A stretch of 64,000 nt of DNA from a virus (taxonomy: Duplodnaviria; Caudoviricetes), in the IMG/VR virus record IMGVR_UViG_2862481585_000002, positions 25,894 to 89,893 of that record. One strand, 5' to 3'. Shown piece by piece: positions 38,366-46,778 of this stretch (positions are counted from its first letter, which is position 1; each line of letters opens with the position of its first letter). The translations under genes and the position numbers were made by a program. The notes below the pieces were generated by a model, which had not been told where the DNA came from, did not search any database, and was given only the letters and a program-made list of their open reading frames with translations.

Positions 38366-40312
38366 GTGCGCGACGTCATCCTGACGATGGCAGACCTGGA
38401 AGAGGCTGTCGCGTACTTCTCGCGGTACGACGAGTTCGTCATCGACATCGAGACCGTCGGCGACCACCGCGGCGTGCCCGTCGCCAACGAGATCCTGTGG
38501 ATCGCCCTCGCCACCTACGGCCGCGCGGTGGTCATCCCCATGGGCCACCCCAACGGCGACCACCTGATATCCAAGGGCACCTGGCGCAAGAACAAGCAGA
38601 CCGGGGAACGGGAGACCGTCCCCGCCGTGTGGAGCGCACCGCCCAAGCAGCTCCGCCCCAGCCAGGTCTTCAAGGCCCTCGAACCGCTGATCTTCTCCAG
38701 CCGGCGAAAGGTCGCCCACAGCGCGACGTTCGACCTCGGCAGCCTCGCCAAGTACTACGGCGGCCGTATCCCGCCCAAGCCCTACGGCTGCACTCTGGTC
38801 GGCAGTTGGCTGCTCGACGAGAACCGCCTCAACGGCCTGAAAACCCTCGTCGAGAAGCGCTACAAGCACAAGTACGACACCGAGAACGTCGGCAAGGCCG
38901 TCGAGAAGCACGGCTTCAGCACGGTGGCCCGCTACGCCTACCTGGACGCCAAGTACACCTGGCTGCTGTGGCGGGCGATGTGCGGCGACCTGGTCGAGCA
39001 GGACCTCTCCCGCATCATGGCGCTCGAACTCGGCGTCACCGAAGTACTGCTCGACATGCACCCCACCGGGGCCTGCATCGACGAGGACCGGCTCCTGGAG
39101 CTGGAACACGAACTCGTCATCGCGCTGGAGGAGATCAAGACCCGGCTCTTCCGGGCCGCCGGCAAGGTTTTCAACGTCGGCTCCCCGCAACAGCGCCAAG
39201 ACGTCCTCTTCCTGCCCAAGTCCAAGGGCGGCCAGGGCCTCAAGCCCATCAAGCTCACCGACGGCGGCAAGAACAAAAAGCGCAACGGCGAGAAGGTCGA
39301 CTTCCGGGACTGGAGCACCGACGCGGAGACCCTGGAGGCTTACCCGGAGAACGAGGTCTGCCGGATCCTCCTGGAGCACGCCGAGGTCGACAAGCTCCTC
39401 TCCACGTACGTCTACGGCTACCTCGGCAAGGCAGACCAGCCCCGGCGCATCTTCAACGGGCGCATCCACCCCATCTTCAAGCAGTACGGCGCCCGCACCG
39501 GCCGCTTCTCCTGCTCCGCGCCCAATCTCCAGAACGTTCCCCGGCCGGGCACCGAACTGGGCACCAAGATCCGGTCCTTGTTCATCGCACCCAAGGGGCA
39601 CAAGCTCCTGGTCGCCGACTGGGGCCAGATCGAGCTGCGCGTCCTCGCCCACTACCTCGGCCGCGGCGCCCTCTACGAAGGCTTCCTGGCCGGCGTGGAC
39701 GCCCACACAGCCACCGCCGCCCTCGTGTTCGGCGTCTCCTGGGACGACGTCACCAAGGAGATGCGCCAGGTCGCCAAGGGCCTCAACTTCGCAATCGTGT
39801 ACGGGGCGGGACCCGAGACCGTCGCCGCCATGGCTGGCATCACGGTGCGCGAAGCCGAGCGCATCATGGGCGTTCACGAGGAGCAGTTCCCGGAGATCTA
39901 CGAGTTCAAGCGGTCGGTCGTCAACACAGTTCGCAAGCGCGACACGCACGACCTCACCACGCTGCTCGGCCGCAAGCGCCGGCTGCCGGAGATCGTCTCC
40001 AAGCTGGGCTGGCTCCGCTCCAAGGGCGAGCGTCGGGCAGTCAACAGCCTCATTCAGGGCTCCTCGGCCGACCTGATCAAGCTCGCCATGATCCGCCTGC
40101 ACAAGGCCATCAAGGAGAGCGGCCACGACGGCATCAAGCTCTCCCTCACCGTCCACGACGAACTGGTCGTCATCTGCCCGGACGGCCTTGTTGACGTCGG
40201 CTCCAAAATCCTCCAGGAGTCGATGATCGGCGAGGGAATCCAGCACCTCATCAACGTCCCCCTCACCGCCGACGTGGTCGTCTGCGACCGCTGGTCTGAC
40301 GCCAAGGATTGA
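38366..40312 (+). CDS. polA: Family A DNA polymerase with 3'-5' exonuclease
   Basis: DIET exo I, YAYLDA, RTGRFSCSAPNLQNVP, ADWGQIELRVLAH, RQVAKGLNFAIVYG, IQGSSAD, VHDE. Confidence 0.96.
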   Translation: MRDVILTMADLEEAVAYFSRYDEFVIDIETVGDHRGVPVANEILWIALATYGRAVVIPMGHPNGDHLISKGTWRKNKQTGERETVPAVWSAPPKQLRPSQVFKALEPLIFSSRRKVAHSATFDLGSLAKYYGGRIPPKPYGCTLVGSWLLDENRLNGLKTLVEKRYKHKYDTENVGKAVEKHGFSTVARYAYLDAKYTWLLWRAMCGDLVEQDLSRIMALELGVTEVLLDMHPTGACIDEDRLLELEHELVIALEEIKTRLFRAAGKVFNVGSPQQRQDVLFLPKSKGGQGLKPIKLTDGGKNKKRNGEKVDFRDWSTDAETLEAYPENEVCRILLEHAEVDKLLSTYVYGYLGKADQPRRIFNGRIHPIFKQYGARTGRFSCSAPNLQNVPRPGTELGTKIRSLFIAPKGHKLLVADWGQIELRVLAHYLGRGALYEGFLAGVDAHTATAALVFGVSWDDVTKEMRQVAKGLNFAIVYGAGPETVAAMAGITVREAERIMGVHEEQFPEIYEFKRSVVNTVRKRDTHDLTTLLGRKRRLPEIVSKLGWLRSKGERRAVNSLIQGSSADLIKLAMIRLHKAIKESGHDGIKLSLTVHDELVVICPDGLVDVGSKILQESMIGEGIQHLINVPLTADVVVCDRWSDAKD

Positions 40313-40315
40313 GCA

Positions 40316-40684
40316 ATGAGAGTAATACCCTTCGAGGTCCTCAAGGCCGAATTGGCTCAGGACCTCAATGCCGGCCGCGCCGACAATGACCTGTTCGTCA
40401 AGGTCGGCCAGGTGGGACGCAGCAGCGACGTTCTCGAAATGGAGCAACTCGAATCCGCCGAGCGACTTGCGGCAGTTGAGCCCTTGATGCCGCTCTTGGC
40501 GGTCTACGGAGCGCTCACCACCGACGTCCTTTTCGGGGGTATTCTGGACACCTCTGATTTGGAAGACGACCCGGCTGAGCATTCGGCGTTCCGCACGGAC
40601 TATCAGGCAATTCTGACCGCCTCCGTCATCGCCGTGATGGCCAACCTCATGGACAAGGGACTCATCCAAAGCGGAGTGGTGTAG
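40316..40684 (+). CDS. Hypothetical protein
   Basis: Tightly packed ORF between polA and next gene. Confidence 0.65.
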   Translation: MRVIPFEVLKAELAQDLNAGRADNDLFVKVGQVGRSSDVLEMEQLESAERLAAVEPLMPLLAVYGALTTDVLFGGILDTSDLEDDPAEHSAFRTDYQAILTASVIAVMANLMDKGLIQSGVV

Positions 40685-41067
40685 TGAGCAACTTCTGGAG
40701 CAAGCACCTCGGCACCCCTGCGGCCCCGGCTTACCAGCCTCCTGCGCCGATGTATCAGCCGCCGGCACCCCCATACCAACAGTCGGCCTACCAGTACCCG
40801 CAGCAGCACCAGCAGCCCGCCCCGCCACCCCGTCAGGCCGCACACGCCAGGGACGCAGAAATGTGCCCGGAGTGCGGCGGCAGCAACTACTTCGCTGCCC
40901 CGACGGAACCCCGTGCCGGAAAACGCTGCTACGAGTGCGGATTCCCCAAGCTCCACAGCACCTCCGGGATCTCGGTCAAGTCGGAGGGCAAGGCGACCCC
41001 CGCGCGACAGACGGCGGCAAACAAAAGCGGCGGCTTCTCAATGCAAGTCGTCGGCCGCATCGGATAA
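40684..41067 (+). CDS. Pro/Gln-rich Zn-ribbon protein
   Basis: CPECGGSNYF..RCYECGFP. Confidence 0.75.
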   Translation: MSNFWSKHLGTPAAPAYQPPAPMYQPPAPPYQQSAYQYPQQHQQPAPPPRQAAHARDAEMCPECGGSNYFAAPTEPRAGKRCYECGFPKLHSTSGISVKSEGKATPARQTAANKSGGFSMQVVGRIG

Positions 41068-41078
41068 CCGGAGAGTAT

Positions 41079-43031
41079 GTGAGCACCATCCTGAATCCGG
41101 ACGGAACCATCCAGGACCCGTACCGGAACTACATCGCCCTGTCCCGATACGCGCGCTACCTGGAGGAACACGAGCGCCGGGAAACCTGGGCGGAGACCGT
41201 CGACCGGTACTTCACGTTCATGACCGAGCACCTGGCCGAGAAGTTCGACTACCGCCCGGACAAGGACCTGCTCTACGCCATGCGGCACGCCGTGCTCCAG
41301 CACGACGTCATGCCGAGCATGCGCGCGGTCATGACGGCCGGCAAGGCCCTGGAACTCTCGAACATCGCGGGGTTCAACTGCTCGTACCTTCCTCTCCAGG
41401 ACCTCCGGGCCTTCGCCGAGCTGCTCTACATCCTCATGAACGGCACCGGAGTGGGCTTCTCAGTCGAAGGCCAGTACGTCGACCAGTTGCCGCCCGTGCA
41501 CAGCGAAATCAACGAGCACCCGACCCTCTACCTCGACGTGGAGGACAGCAAGCTCGGCTGGGCGGAGGCCTTCCTCAGCCTGCTCGAACTGGTCTGGATG
41601 GACGGCGTCGTCCCGTCGATCGACGTCACGCGGGTACGGCCGGCCGGCGCGCGGCTGCGCACCTTCGGCGGGCGGGCCAGCGGTCCCGAACCGCTGATGG
41701 ACCTGTTCACCTTCACCATCGACCTGCTCAAGGGCGCCTCGGGTCGCCGGCTGAAGCCGATCGAGGCCCACGACCTCGCCTGCAAGATCGCATCCGTGAT
41801 CGTGGTCGGCGGCGTACGGCGTAGCGCGATGATCTCGCTGTCCGACCTCGACGACCAGGAGATGGCCGGCGCGAAGTCGGGGGAGTGGTGGAAGGACCAC
41901 CCGTACCGGGCTCTCGCGAACAACAGCGCCGTTTACCACGACGACATGACCCGCGAAGCGTTCGACCTTGAGTGGGCCAACCTTGTCGCCTCTGGCTCCG
42001 GTGAGCGCGGCATCTTCCACCGCGGGGCGGCGCAGCGCCAGGCAGCCAAGTACGGACGACGTGACGCAAGTGTCGTGTACGGGACAAACCCGTGCAGCGA
42101 GATCATTTTGCGTCCGTTCAGCTTCTGCAACCTCTCCGAGGTCGTGGTCCGCGAGGACGACACCGAGGACACACTCGCCCGCAAGGTGGAATTGGCGACG
42201 ATCCTGGGGACCTGGCAGAGCACGCTGACGGACTACCCCTTCCTGCGGGAGGAGTGGCGCCGCAACGCCGAGGAAGAGCGCCTTCTGGGCGTCTCGCTCA
42301 CCGGCTTCTTCGGCTCCGACCTCCTGGTCACCCAGCCGGCTGACAAGCGCAACGCGCTCCTCGACGACCTGCGCGAACTGGCAGCCGCGGTCAACGTCGA
42401 CTATGCCGACGAGCTGGGTATCGGCCACTCGCACGCGATCACGTGCGTCAAGCCCAGCGGCACCGTCAGCCAGCTCGTCGGAGTCTCCTCGGGCCTGCAC
42501 ACCTGGCACAGTGAGCACTACATACGGCGCGTCCGGGCTGACAAGAAGGACCCGCTCAGCCAGCTCATGCAGACGTACGGTGTGCCGTGTGAGGACGACG
42601 TCATGGCCCCGACGAACAACGTCTTCTCCTTCCCGATCAAGGCGCCGGCCGGCGCGATCACCCGTGACCAGATCACCGCCGTCGACCACCTCAAGCTCTG
42701 GCTGGACGTTCAGCGGCATTGGTGCGACCACAAGCCCTCGGTGACCATCTCGGTGCGCGACGAGGAGTGGGACGAGGTCGGTGAGTGGGTGTGGGACCAC
42801 CTCGACGAGATCAGCGGCGTGAGCTTCCTGCCCCACAGTGATCACACCTACCAGCAGGCTCCCTACGAGGATTGTTCGCGGCAGGCGTACGAGGAGCTGC
42901 TGGCCCGCATGCCAGCAGAAATCCACTGGGAAGACCTGCCGTTCTGGGAGACCGAGGACAGTACGACCGGCAGCCAGGAACTGGCCTGCACAGCAGGTGC
43001 GTGCGAGATCGTCGACCTGGTCGCCGGTTGA
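41079..43031 (+). CDS. nrdJ: Class II (adenosylcobalamin-dependent) ribonucleotide reductase
   Basis: RETW.ETV.R, FNC, GTGVGFS, GGVRRSA.I, TNPCSEI, CNLSE, CVKPSGT, C-terminal CTAGAC. Confidence 0.95.
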   Translation: MSTILNPDGTIQDPYRNYIALSRYARYLEEHERRETWAETVDRYFTFMTEHLAEKFDYRPDKDLLYAMRHAVLQHDVMPSMRAVMTAGKALELSNIAGFNCSYLPLQDLRAFAELLYILMNGTGVGFSVEGQYVDQLPPVHSEINEHPTLYLDVEDSKLGWAEAFLSLLELVWMDGVVPSIDVTRVRPAGARLRTFGGRASGPEPLMDLFTFTIDLLKGASGRRLKPIEAHDLACKIASVIVVGGVRRSAMISLSDLDDQEMAGAKSGEWWKDHPYRALANNSAVYHDDMTREAFDLEWANLVASGSGERGIFHRGAAQRQAAKYGRRDASVVYGTNPCSEIILRPFSFCNLSEVVVREDDTEDTLARKVELATILGTWQSTLTDYPFLREEWRRNAEEERLLGVSLTGFFGSDLLVTQPADKRNALLDDLRELAAAVNVDYADELGIGHSHAITCVKPSGTVSQLVGVSSGLHTWHSEHYIRRVRADKKDPLSQLMQTYGVPCEDDVMAPTNNVFSFPIKAPAGAITRDQITAVDHLKLWLDVQRHWCDHKPSVTISVRDEEWDEVGEWVWDHLDEISGVSFLPHSDHTYQQAPYEDCSRQAYEELLARMPAEIHWEDLPFWETEDSTTGSQELACTAGACEIVDLVAG

Positions 43032-43040
43032 CGAGAACGA

Positions 43041-43075
43041 ACAAGGGGGGCCACCCGATGGGTGGCCCCCCTTGT
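43041..43075. terminator. Bidirectional terminator
   Basis: ACAAGGGGGGCCACC..GGTGGCCCCCCTTGT between convergent genes. Confidence 0.8.
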
Positions 43076-43854
43076 CATGCAGAGACGGACTCCTCTTCCT
43101 GCCTTGCACCCTCGTGCCCGCGCCAGCGTCGCAGGGCGCCGCCGAGCATGGGCAACGTCAGGCCGGCGAAGAGGAAGATCGTAGCCAGGCCGGAGAAGGC
43201 CGGACTCATCTTCTGCTCGACGGCCAGCGACCAGGGGTGGCCGAGCGTGTAGAGCAGGACGTACGAGCCCTTGCTGATCGTGTACGCAACCCCGAGGGCG
43301 GCGGCGACGGACGACATGGCGAAGCCCCAGCCCGTCCAGGGCCGCGTTCCCCAGTTGCGTTGCGCGGTACGCCCACACATGAACGCGAGCTCGGCGCATG
43401 TGATGAGGACGTACGCGAGGTAGATCAGGAGGTAGGAAGCGATTCGAGGATTGTCGACGTGTTCGGTCGTGAACTCGACGTCGCGGCCGTTGGTCGCAAG
43501 GAAGAGCGGGACCATGATGCAGAGCCAGACGAGGGCGGCGAAGCTGCGCTGAATCAGCGCGGTGCGGAGATAGTCCTGGCGATAGGCCAAGTCCACCATC
43601 GTGATCTGAAGGCTCGCGCACCAGAGGATCGCACAGAAGTGGGCGACGAGCTTCGCGACGTTGGGCACACCCGTGATGTCCGTGGCGAGTGATTCCACGG
43701 CCGGCACCGCGAAGAACACGCCGAGCGTGCAGATGCCGAAGGCCGCCGCGATCGACCAGGTGAAGACTCTCGGCTGCCTGCGCGCCCTCCGAACGCACAG
43801 CGTGGTGACAAATAGACCTACAACGGTGCAAGCCCACCATATGGCGCTATACAA
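43075..43854 (-). CDS. MAB_1171c-family multi-pass membrane protein
   Basis: About 7 hydrophobic segments; GVPNVAKLVAH, YLLIYLAY, GLTLP motifs; start codon uncertain. Confidence 0.75.
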   Translation of the reverse strand: MYSAIWWACTVVGLFVTTLCVRRARRQPRVFTWSIAAAFGICTLGVFFAVPAVESLATDITGVPNVAKLVAHFCAILWCASLQITMVDLAYRQDYLRTALIQRSFAALVWLCIMVPLFLATNGRDVEFTTEHVDNPRIASYLLIYLAYVLITCAELAFMCGRTAQRNWGTRPWTGWGFAMSSVAAALGVAYTISKGSYVLLYTLGHPWSLAVEQKMSPAFSGLATIFLFAGLTLPMLGGALRRWRGHEGARQEEESVSA

Positions 43855-43857
43855 CGG

Positions 43858-44322
43858 TTACCCTTCCAGTGCATCGGCCGCATATTGCGCAGCCTCGTCT
43901 ACGCTACGACGTTTCGCCGGCTTGGACTGCATGCTGGTGTCCTCCGCGAACGTGATCGGACTCAGGCCAAGATCGTCACGTCGGCGCTGAAGGTCCGCAA
44001 TCACGTTTTCCACCTCGGCTGCGGGCAGACCCGCGAGGAGGCGAGCGACGCGGCGGGTGGCCGGGTCCTCGAAAGCGATCAGCGCGTCTAGGTCGTCGTA
44101 GCTCTCGTGAGGCAGCAGGTACGCCGGAGGGGCCTCCAGTACCGCGCCCAGCGACAGGATCGTCTCCGTCGTGGGGTTCGGCTTGGAGCCGTTGAGCATG
44201 CCGGAGATCAACGCGTGGGAGACAGACTTGACTTCCGGAACCTGGTCGATGGCCGCAGACAAGGGGCGAGGCGTGAGTCGGCGGCGGTCCATCAGCCCCT
44301 TGAGCTTCGCGGCTACGGACAT
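43858..44322 (-). CDS. XRE/EspR-like HTH regulator
   Basis: SVSHALISGMLNGSKPNPT.ETI..L...L..PPAYL; co-oriented with MAB_1171c-like gene; alternative GTG at 44334. Confidence 0.8.
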   Translation of the reverse strand: MSVAAKLKGLMDRRRLTPRPLSAAIDQVPEVKSVSHALISGMLNGSKPNPTTETILSLGAVLEAPPAYLLPHESYDDLDALIAFEDPATRRVARLLAGLPAAEVENVIADLQRRRDDLGLSPITFAEDTSMQSKPAKRRSVDEAAQYAADALEG

Positions 44323-44449
44323 GCCGGGTCTCACCGGCCGAGACTCGCTCTCCCTGATGTCGTGTCACTTATTGTCCGATTCGTCGCCATGAGGAGGACC
44401 TTTTCTGGGGGGTGGCAGATCCTGTGAGTTGATCTACTGCCTACTTTAG

Positions 44450-44521
44450 TTGACAGCTATGCGTCTGGGAACGCATGCTCAGTGAGCGGACGTTGACTGC
44501 CGGGTGTGCCCCGGTTAGTCC
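44450..44521 (+). promoter_or_regulatory. Two sigma70/HrdB-like promoters divergent from the XRE gene
   Basis: TTGACA-18-CATGCT (44450-44479) and TTGACT-17-TAGTCC (44493-44521). Confidence 0.55.
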
Positions 44522-44527
44522 CTCTAT

Positions 44528-44755
44528 GTGCGAGAGGTGCGCCTTGCGGCGTCCGGGGGAGCGTGGAGCGTCATCGTGATGGCAGAGGGCTGGGGAGTCC
44601 GGATTCCTGCGTCGGGCGAGGAGATCGTTGATGAAATGCTGGCCGGCTCCGTGCTGGCCCAGGCTGTCGAGGATGGCTGGGTGAAGTGCCTGGTTCACCT
44701 CGGTACGGGTGCGGTCGTCTACAGGCTTGCCACCCATATCACGGCAGCAGCATGA
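44528..44755 (+). CDS. Small hypothetical protein, probably leaderless
   Basis: GTG 6 nt after TAGTCC -10; followed by strong terminator. Confidence 0.55.
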   Translation: MREVRLAASGGAWSVIVMAEGWGVRIPASGEEIVDEMLAGSVLAQAVEDGWVKCLVHLGTGAVVYRLATHITAAA

Positions 44756-44768
44756 CCGGATGACGCAG

Positions 44769-44800
44769 AGGCCCCCGACCACACGGTCGGGGGCCTTTTT
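44769..44800 (+). terminator. Intrinsic terminator
   Basis: AGGCCCCCGACC-ACAC-GGTCGGGGGCCT followed by T-run. Confidence 0.85.
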
Positions 44801-44884
44801 CGTGGGCTGAACTCGTGACCAATCCGTGATCGTCATGAGCAACTCGACTCCCTGGCTCCGGCGTGCACCGACACCTAATCTCCT

Positions 44885-44920
44885 CTTGAACGACAAGTTG
44901 AGGAACAACTTGTACAACAA
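44885..44920. promoter_or_regulatory. 12-bp tandem array D (x3, inverted relative to A-C)
   Basis: Minus strand reads CTTGTTGTACAA GTTGTTCCTCAA CTTGTCGTTCAA; immediately upstream of the recA RBS. Confidence 0.75.
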
Positions 44921-44934
44921 GTAAGGGGGTAGGT

Positions 44935-45996
44935 GTGGCGCCGACAGCGGAGGCACTCGCACTCATGGCCCAGCTCAACAAACGCTTCGGGCCCGAGGCC
45001 ATGATCATGGCCTCCCAGATGCGGCACGTACCGCCGATCGCCAGCGGCAATCTGCCGCTCGACATCATCCTGGGCGGGGGCTTCCCGGCGAACAAGTGGA
45101 CCGAGATCATCGGCTACGAGAGCAGCGGCAAGACCACCGTCGTCCACAAGGCCATCGCCCACCAGCAGGCCAAGAACCCCGAGTTCTCCACGCTGTGGAT
45201 CGCGGCCCAGGACTACGACAAGGAGTGGGCCCAGCAGCTCGGCGTCGACACCGACCAAGTCGTCGTCGCCGAGATCCGGGCGATGGAAGAGGCGTACGAG
45301 GTCATGCTCGAATTCGCCGCCTCCCGCGCAGTCGACGCCATCGTCCTCGACTCCTACCCGGCCCTCATCCCCGCGGAAGAGGACGCCAAGGCCATGGACG
45401 AGCTGACCGTCTCGGTCGGCGCGAAGGTCACCAACAAGTTCTACCGCAAGGCCGGCAAAGCCACGAAGCGCAGCCACCTCACCGAGGAGCGCGCGGTCAT
45501 GGGCATCGTCATCAACCAATGGCGCGAGAAGGTCGGCGCCTTCAGCCCGCAAGGCACCCCCAAGACAACGCCTGGTGGATTGGGCAAGAACTTCGCCTAC
45601 TGGACCCGCCTGGAAGTCTCCCGCGCCGAGTACCTCGACGAGGCGACCCCCGGCAAGGGCAAGGCCCGCGTCGGCCAGGCCATGAAGTTCAAGACGATCA
45701 AGCACAAGAGCGCCGGCCCCCAGAAGACCGCCGAGACCCACTTCTACTGGAGCGACGCTCCCTCCCGCGGCATCACTGCTGGCTCCTGGGACGCTGTCCG
45801 TGACCTGATGACGTGGGGCGTCTACTACGACGTCATCCGCCGGCGAGGGCGCTACTTCGACTTCGCCGACCGCACCTGGGACACCAAGGACGCGATCATC
45901 GACGCCCTGCGCGGTGAACTCGACCTCCAGGACGACGTCGCCGCAGCAGTCCTGCGCGCCGCCTTCACCTCCAACGAAGAGGCGGTGGCCGCGTGA
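44935..45996 (+). CDS. recA: RecA-like recombinase
   Basis: SG...LDIILGGG.P, EIIGYESSGKTT, IVLDS..AL.P..E, INQWREKVG, TTPGG. Confidence 0.93.
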   Translation: MAPTAEALALMAQLNKRFGPEAMIMASQMRHVPPIASGNLPLDIILGGGFPANKWTEIIGYESSGKTTVVHKAIAHQQAKNPEFSTLWIAAQDYDKEWAQQLGVDTDQVVVAEIRAMEEAYEVMLEFAASRAVDAIVLDSYPALIPAEEDAKAMDELTVSVGAKVTNKFYRKAGKATKRSHLTEERAVMGIVINQWREKVGAFSPQGTPKTTPGGLGKNFAYWTRLEVSRAEYLDEATPGKGKARVGQAMKFKTIKHKSAGPQKTAETHFYWSDAPSRGITAGSWDAVRDLMTWGVYYDVIRRRGRYFDFADRTWDTKDAIIDALRGELDLQDDVAAAVLRAAFTSNEEAVAA

Positions 45997-46151
45997 CGGG
46001 CGCACTGGCCGGCATCGCGTTCGCCGAAGCCGTCTACATCGTGTTCGTCTCCTGGCGGGCTAGCCGCTTTCTCAAGCGGAAGTCCGACGAGATCGACCAG
46101 CTCCTGAGCGTGATCCGAGCGAGGGTCTCAGGTGACGAACCGAGGCCTTAG
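45993..46151 (+). CDS. Small membrane protein (52 aa)
   Basis: GTGA coupling; hydrophobic N-terminus GALAGIAFAEAVYIVFVSW. Confidence 0.5.
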   Translation: MTGALAGIAFAEAVYIVFVSWRASRFLKRKSDEIDQLLSVIRARVSGDEPRP

Positions 46152-46437
46152 GCGATCCCAGAAGCAGGAAAAGGGACTCGCCACGAAATACGACGGCAAA
46201 GTAAGTCCCGGCTCGGGCAACGGCTGGATCCACAAGAACGACGTCCGCAACGACGAATTCAGCTTCGAAGCCAAGACCACCGAGAAGAGCCAGTACACGC
46301 TCAAGCTCGACGACCTGAAGCTCGCTGAGCGCAACGCGCTTCTATCCGGGAGAGAAATGGTCTTCGTCATCGAGATGGGAGGGAGGAACTGGATGGTGCT
46401 CTCCCAGGAAACTTTCGACACCATCCTGGAGACCTAG
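46132..46437 (+). CDS. PD-(D/E)XK Holliday-junction resolvase-like nuclease
   Basis: E..LA....G...PGSG....K.DV....SFEAKTT. Confidence 0.75.
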   Translation: MTNRGLRRSQKQEKGLATKYDGKVSPGSGNGWIHKNDVRNDEFSFEAKTTEKSQYTLKLDDLKLAERNALLSGREMVFVIEMGGRNWMVLSQETFDTILET

Positions 46438-46778
46438 TGGCCCTCTACTCCCGATGCTCGGCACCAGACTGGACCGGCGGAGACGACTCCGAATACGAAG
46501 CCAAGTGCCGCAAATTCCAGACGCCCTCCCGTGACGCCGACCCCTGGTTCGACGAAATGCGGGAAGCGGCAGCCATCTGCAACGGCGACACCGACGGAAT
46601 TATCTGCCCGATGCGCCAGCGCTGCCTGAACTGGGCCATGAAGAACTGCGAGCGCTACGGCGTCTGGGGCGGAATGCTCCCCAACGACCGAGCCAAGCTC
46701 CGCAAGCAGTACAGGAACGCGAAGAAACCGGAGATGTGGCCATGGCAGCCCCCAAGCGAAAGGCTCCCCGAGTCGTAA
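46437..46778 (+). CDS. whiB: WhiB-family transcription factor
   Basis: AKC..A.AIC..CPMRQRC..WA....YGVWGG....R. Confidence 0.88.
   Translation: MALYSRCSAPDWTGGDDSEYEAKCRKFQTPSRDADPWFDEMREAAAICNGDTDGIICPMRQRCLNWAMKNCERYGVWGGMLPNDRAKLRKQYRNAKKPEMWPWQPPSERLPES

Noticed and set aside
38318-40843. Long antisense ORFs (e.g. 841 aa opposite polA; also 41460-43109, 29405-30994, 25521-27230)
   Set aside because: Shadow frames expected in high-GC DNA opposite GC3-rich genes; no motifs
38366-43031. Inteins or introns in polA, nrdJ, dnaB or recA
   Set aside because: Proteins are of normal length with contiguous motifs; no intein ends or homing endonuclease motifs seen
44886-44901. LexA/SOS box upstream of recA
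   Set aside because: TTGAAC-GACA-AGTTGA matches only the left half of TCGAAC-N4-GTTCGA and is explained by the 12-bp array
44836-44924. Short ORF MSNSTPWLRR.. running through array D, and similar Leu-periodic peptides at arrays A and B
   Set aside because: No RBS, atypical codons; periodicity follows from the 12-bp repeat
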